From Ginglymostoma cirratum (lineage: Eukaryota), in NCBI GenBank assembly GCA_024137785.1, contig JAHRHZ010000009.1:13869477-13933476 (forward strand): a stretch of 64,000 nucleotides of DNA. Reading direction: 5' to 3'. The notes under the pieces were generated by a model. It was not told where the DNA came from, did not search any database, and saw only the letters and a program-made list of their open reading frames with translations. Each line of letters opens with the position of its first letter. The stretch's first letter is position 1. The translations under genes and the position numbers were made by a program. Of this stretch, positions 63,670 to 64,000 are shown in pieces.

Positions 63670-63768
63670 GTAGGTCAGGCTTCCCAGGAGAAAAGGGCTA
63701 TCAAGGCATCCCGGGTGACCCAGGGATGCCAGGAAAAGATGGACAACCCGGATTACCAGGACAGCCAG
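63670..63768 (+). CDS. collagen IV alpha chain exon 35
   Basis: ctgcag|...|gtaagg; 99 nt; (G)[32 protein letters not shown](G). Confidence 0.95.
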
Positions 63769-64000
63769 GTAAGGGATAAAACAGAGGCAACAATGCAAGG
63801 TACAGAAATGAACTTAGTAAATGGATACTGGAAAAACAGCCAAAAATACTTTTCTAATTTCTTGCTTCCTGCTTCTCTCTCAACAAGACATCAGAAATTT
63901 TGTAGCCATTTGCTGTCCTTTAGAGTTTTTGTCATTGAAGTTTTGAATGAATAGTGTTGACTAAATTGTTATAAGTTATAGTTTTGGTGGGACAGAACTG

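Overview
Eukaryotic genomic DNA, almost certainly from a shark (HE1-type SINEs, CR1/L2/Rex1 LINE fragments and shark-type minisatellites, plus small N gaps). The whole window lies inside one + strand type IV collagen gene of the alpha1-like class (alpha1/alpha3/alpha5; closest to alpha5). I traced 33 consecutive GT-AG exons (exons 3-35 in COL4A1 numbering, 15565-63768, 2842 nt) that splice into one uninterrupted reading frame of Gly-X-Y repeats with the usual type IV interruptions. Positions 1-15564 are the 3' part of a large intron 2. The introns are full of retroelements. The most notable items are: (i) many Penelope-derived elements carrying minimal hammerhead-ribozyme motifs, several with target-site duplications (TSDs); (ii) one composite element with a tRNA-Gly-derived head and a Penelope/hammerhead tail, a candidate Penelope-mobilised SINE; (iii) a tRNA-Asn-derived gene with compensatory stem changes and a CTT (Lys) anticodon; (iv) a Gypsy gag relic. 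Family names and human collagen comparisons come from recalled consensus sequences, not from database searches. Repeat boundaries are approximate.
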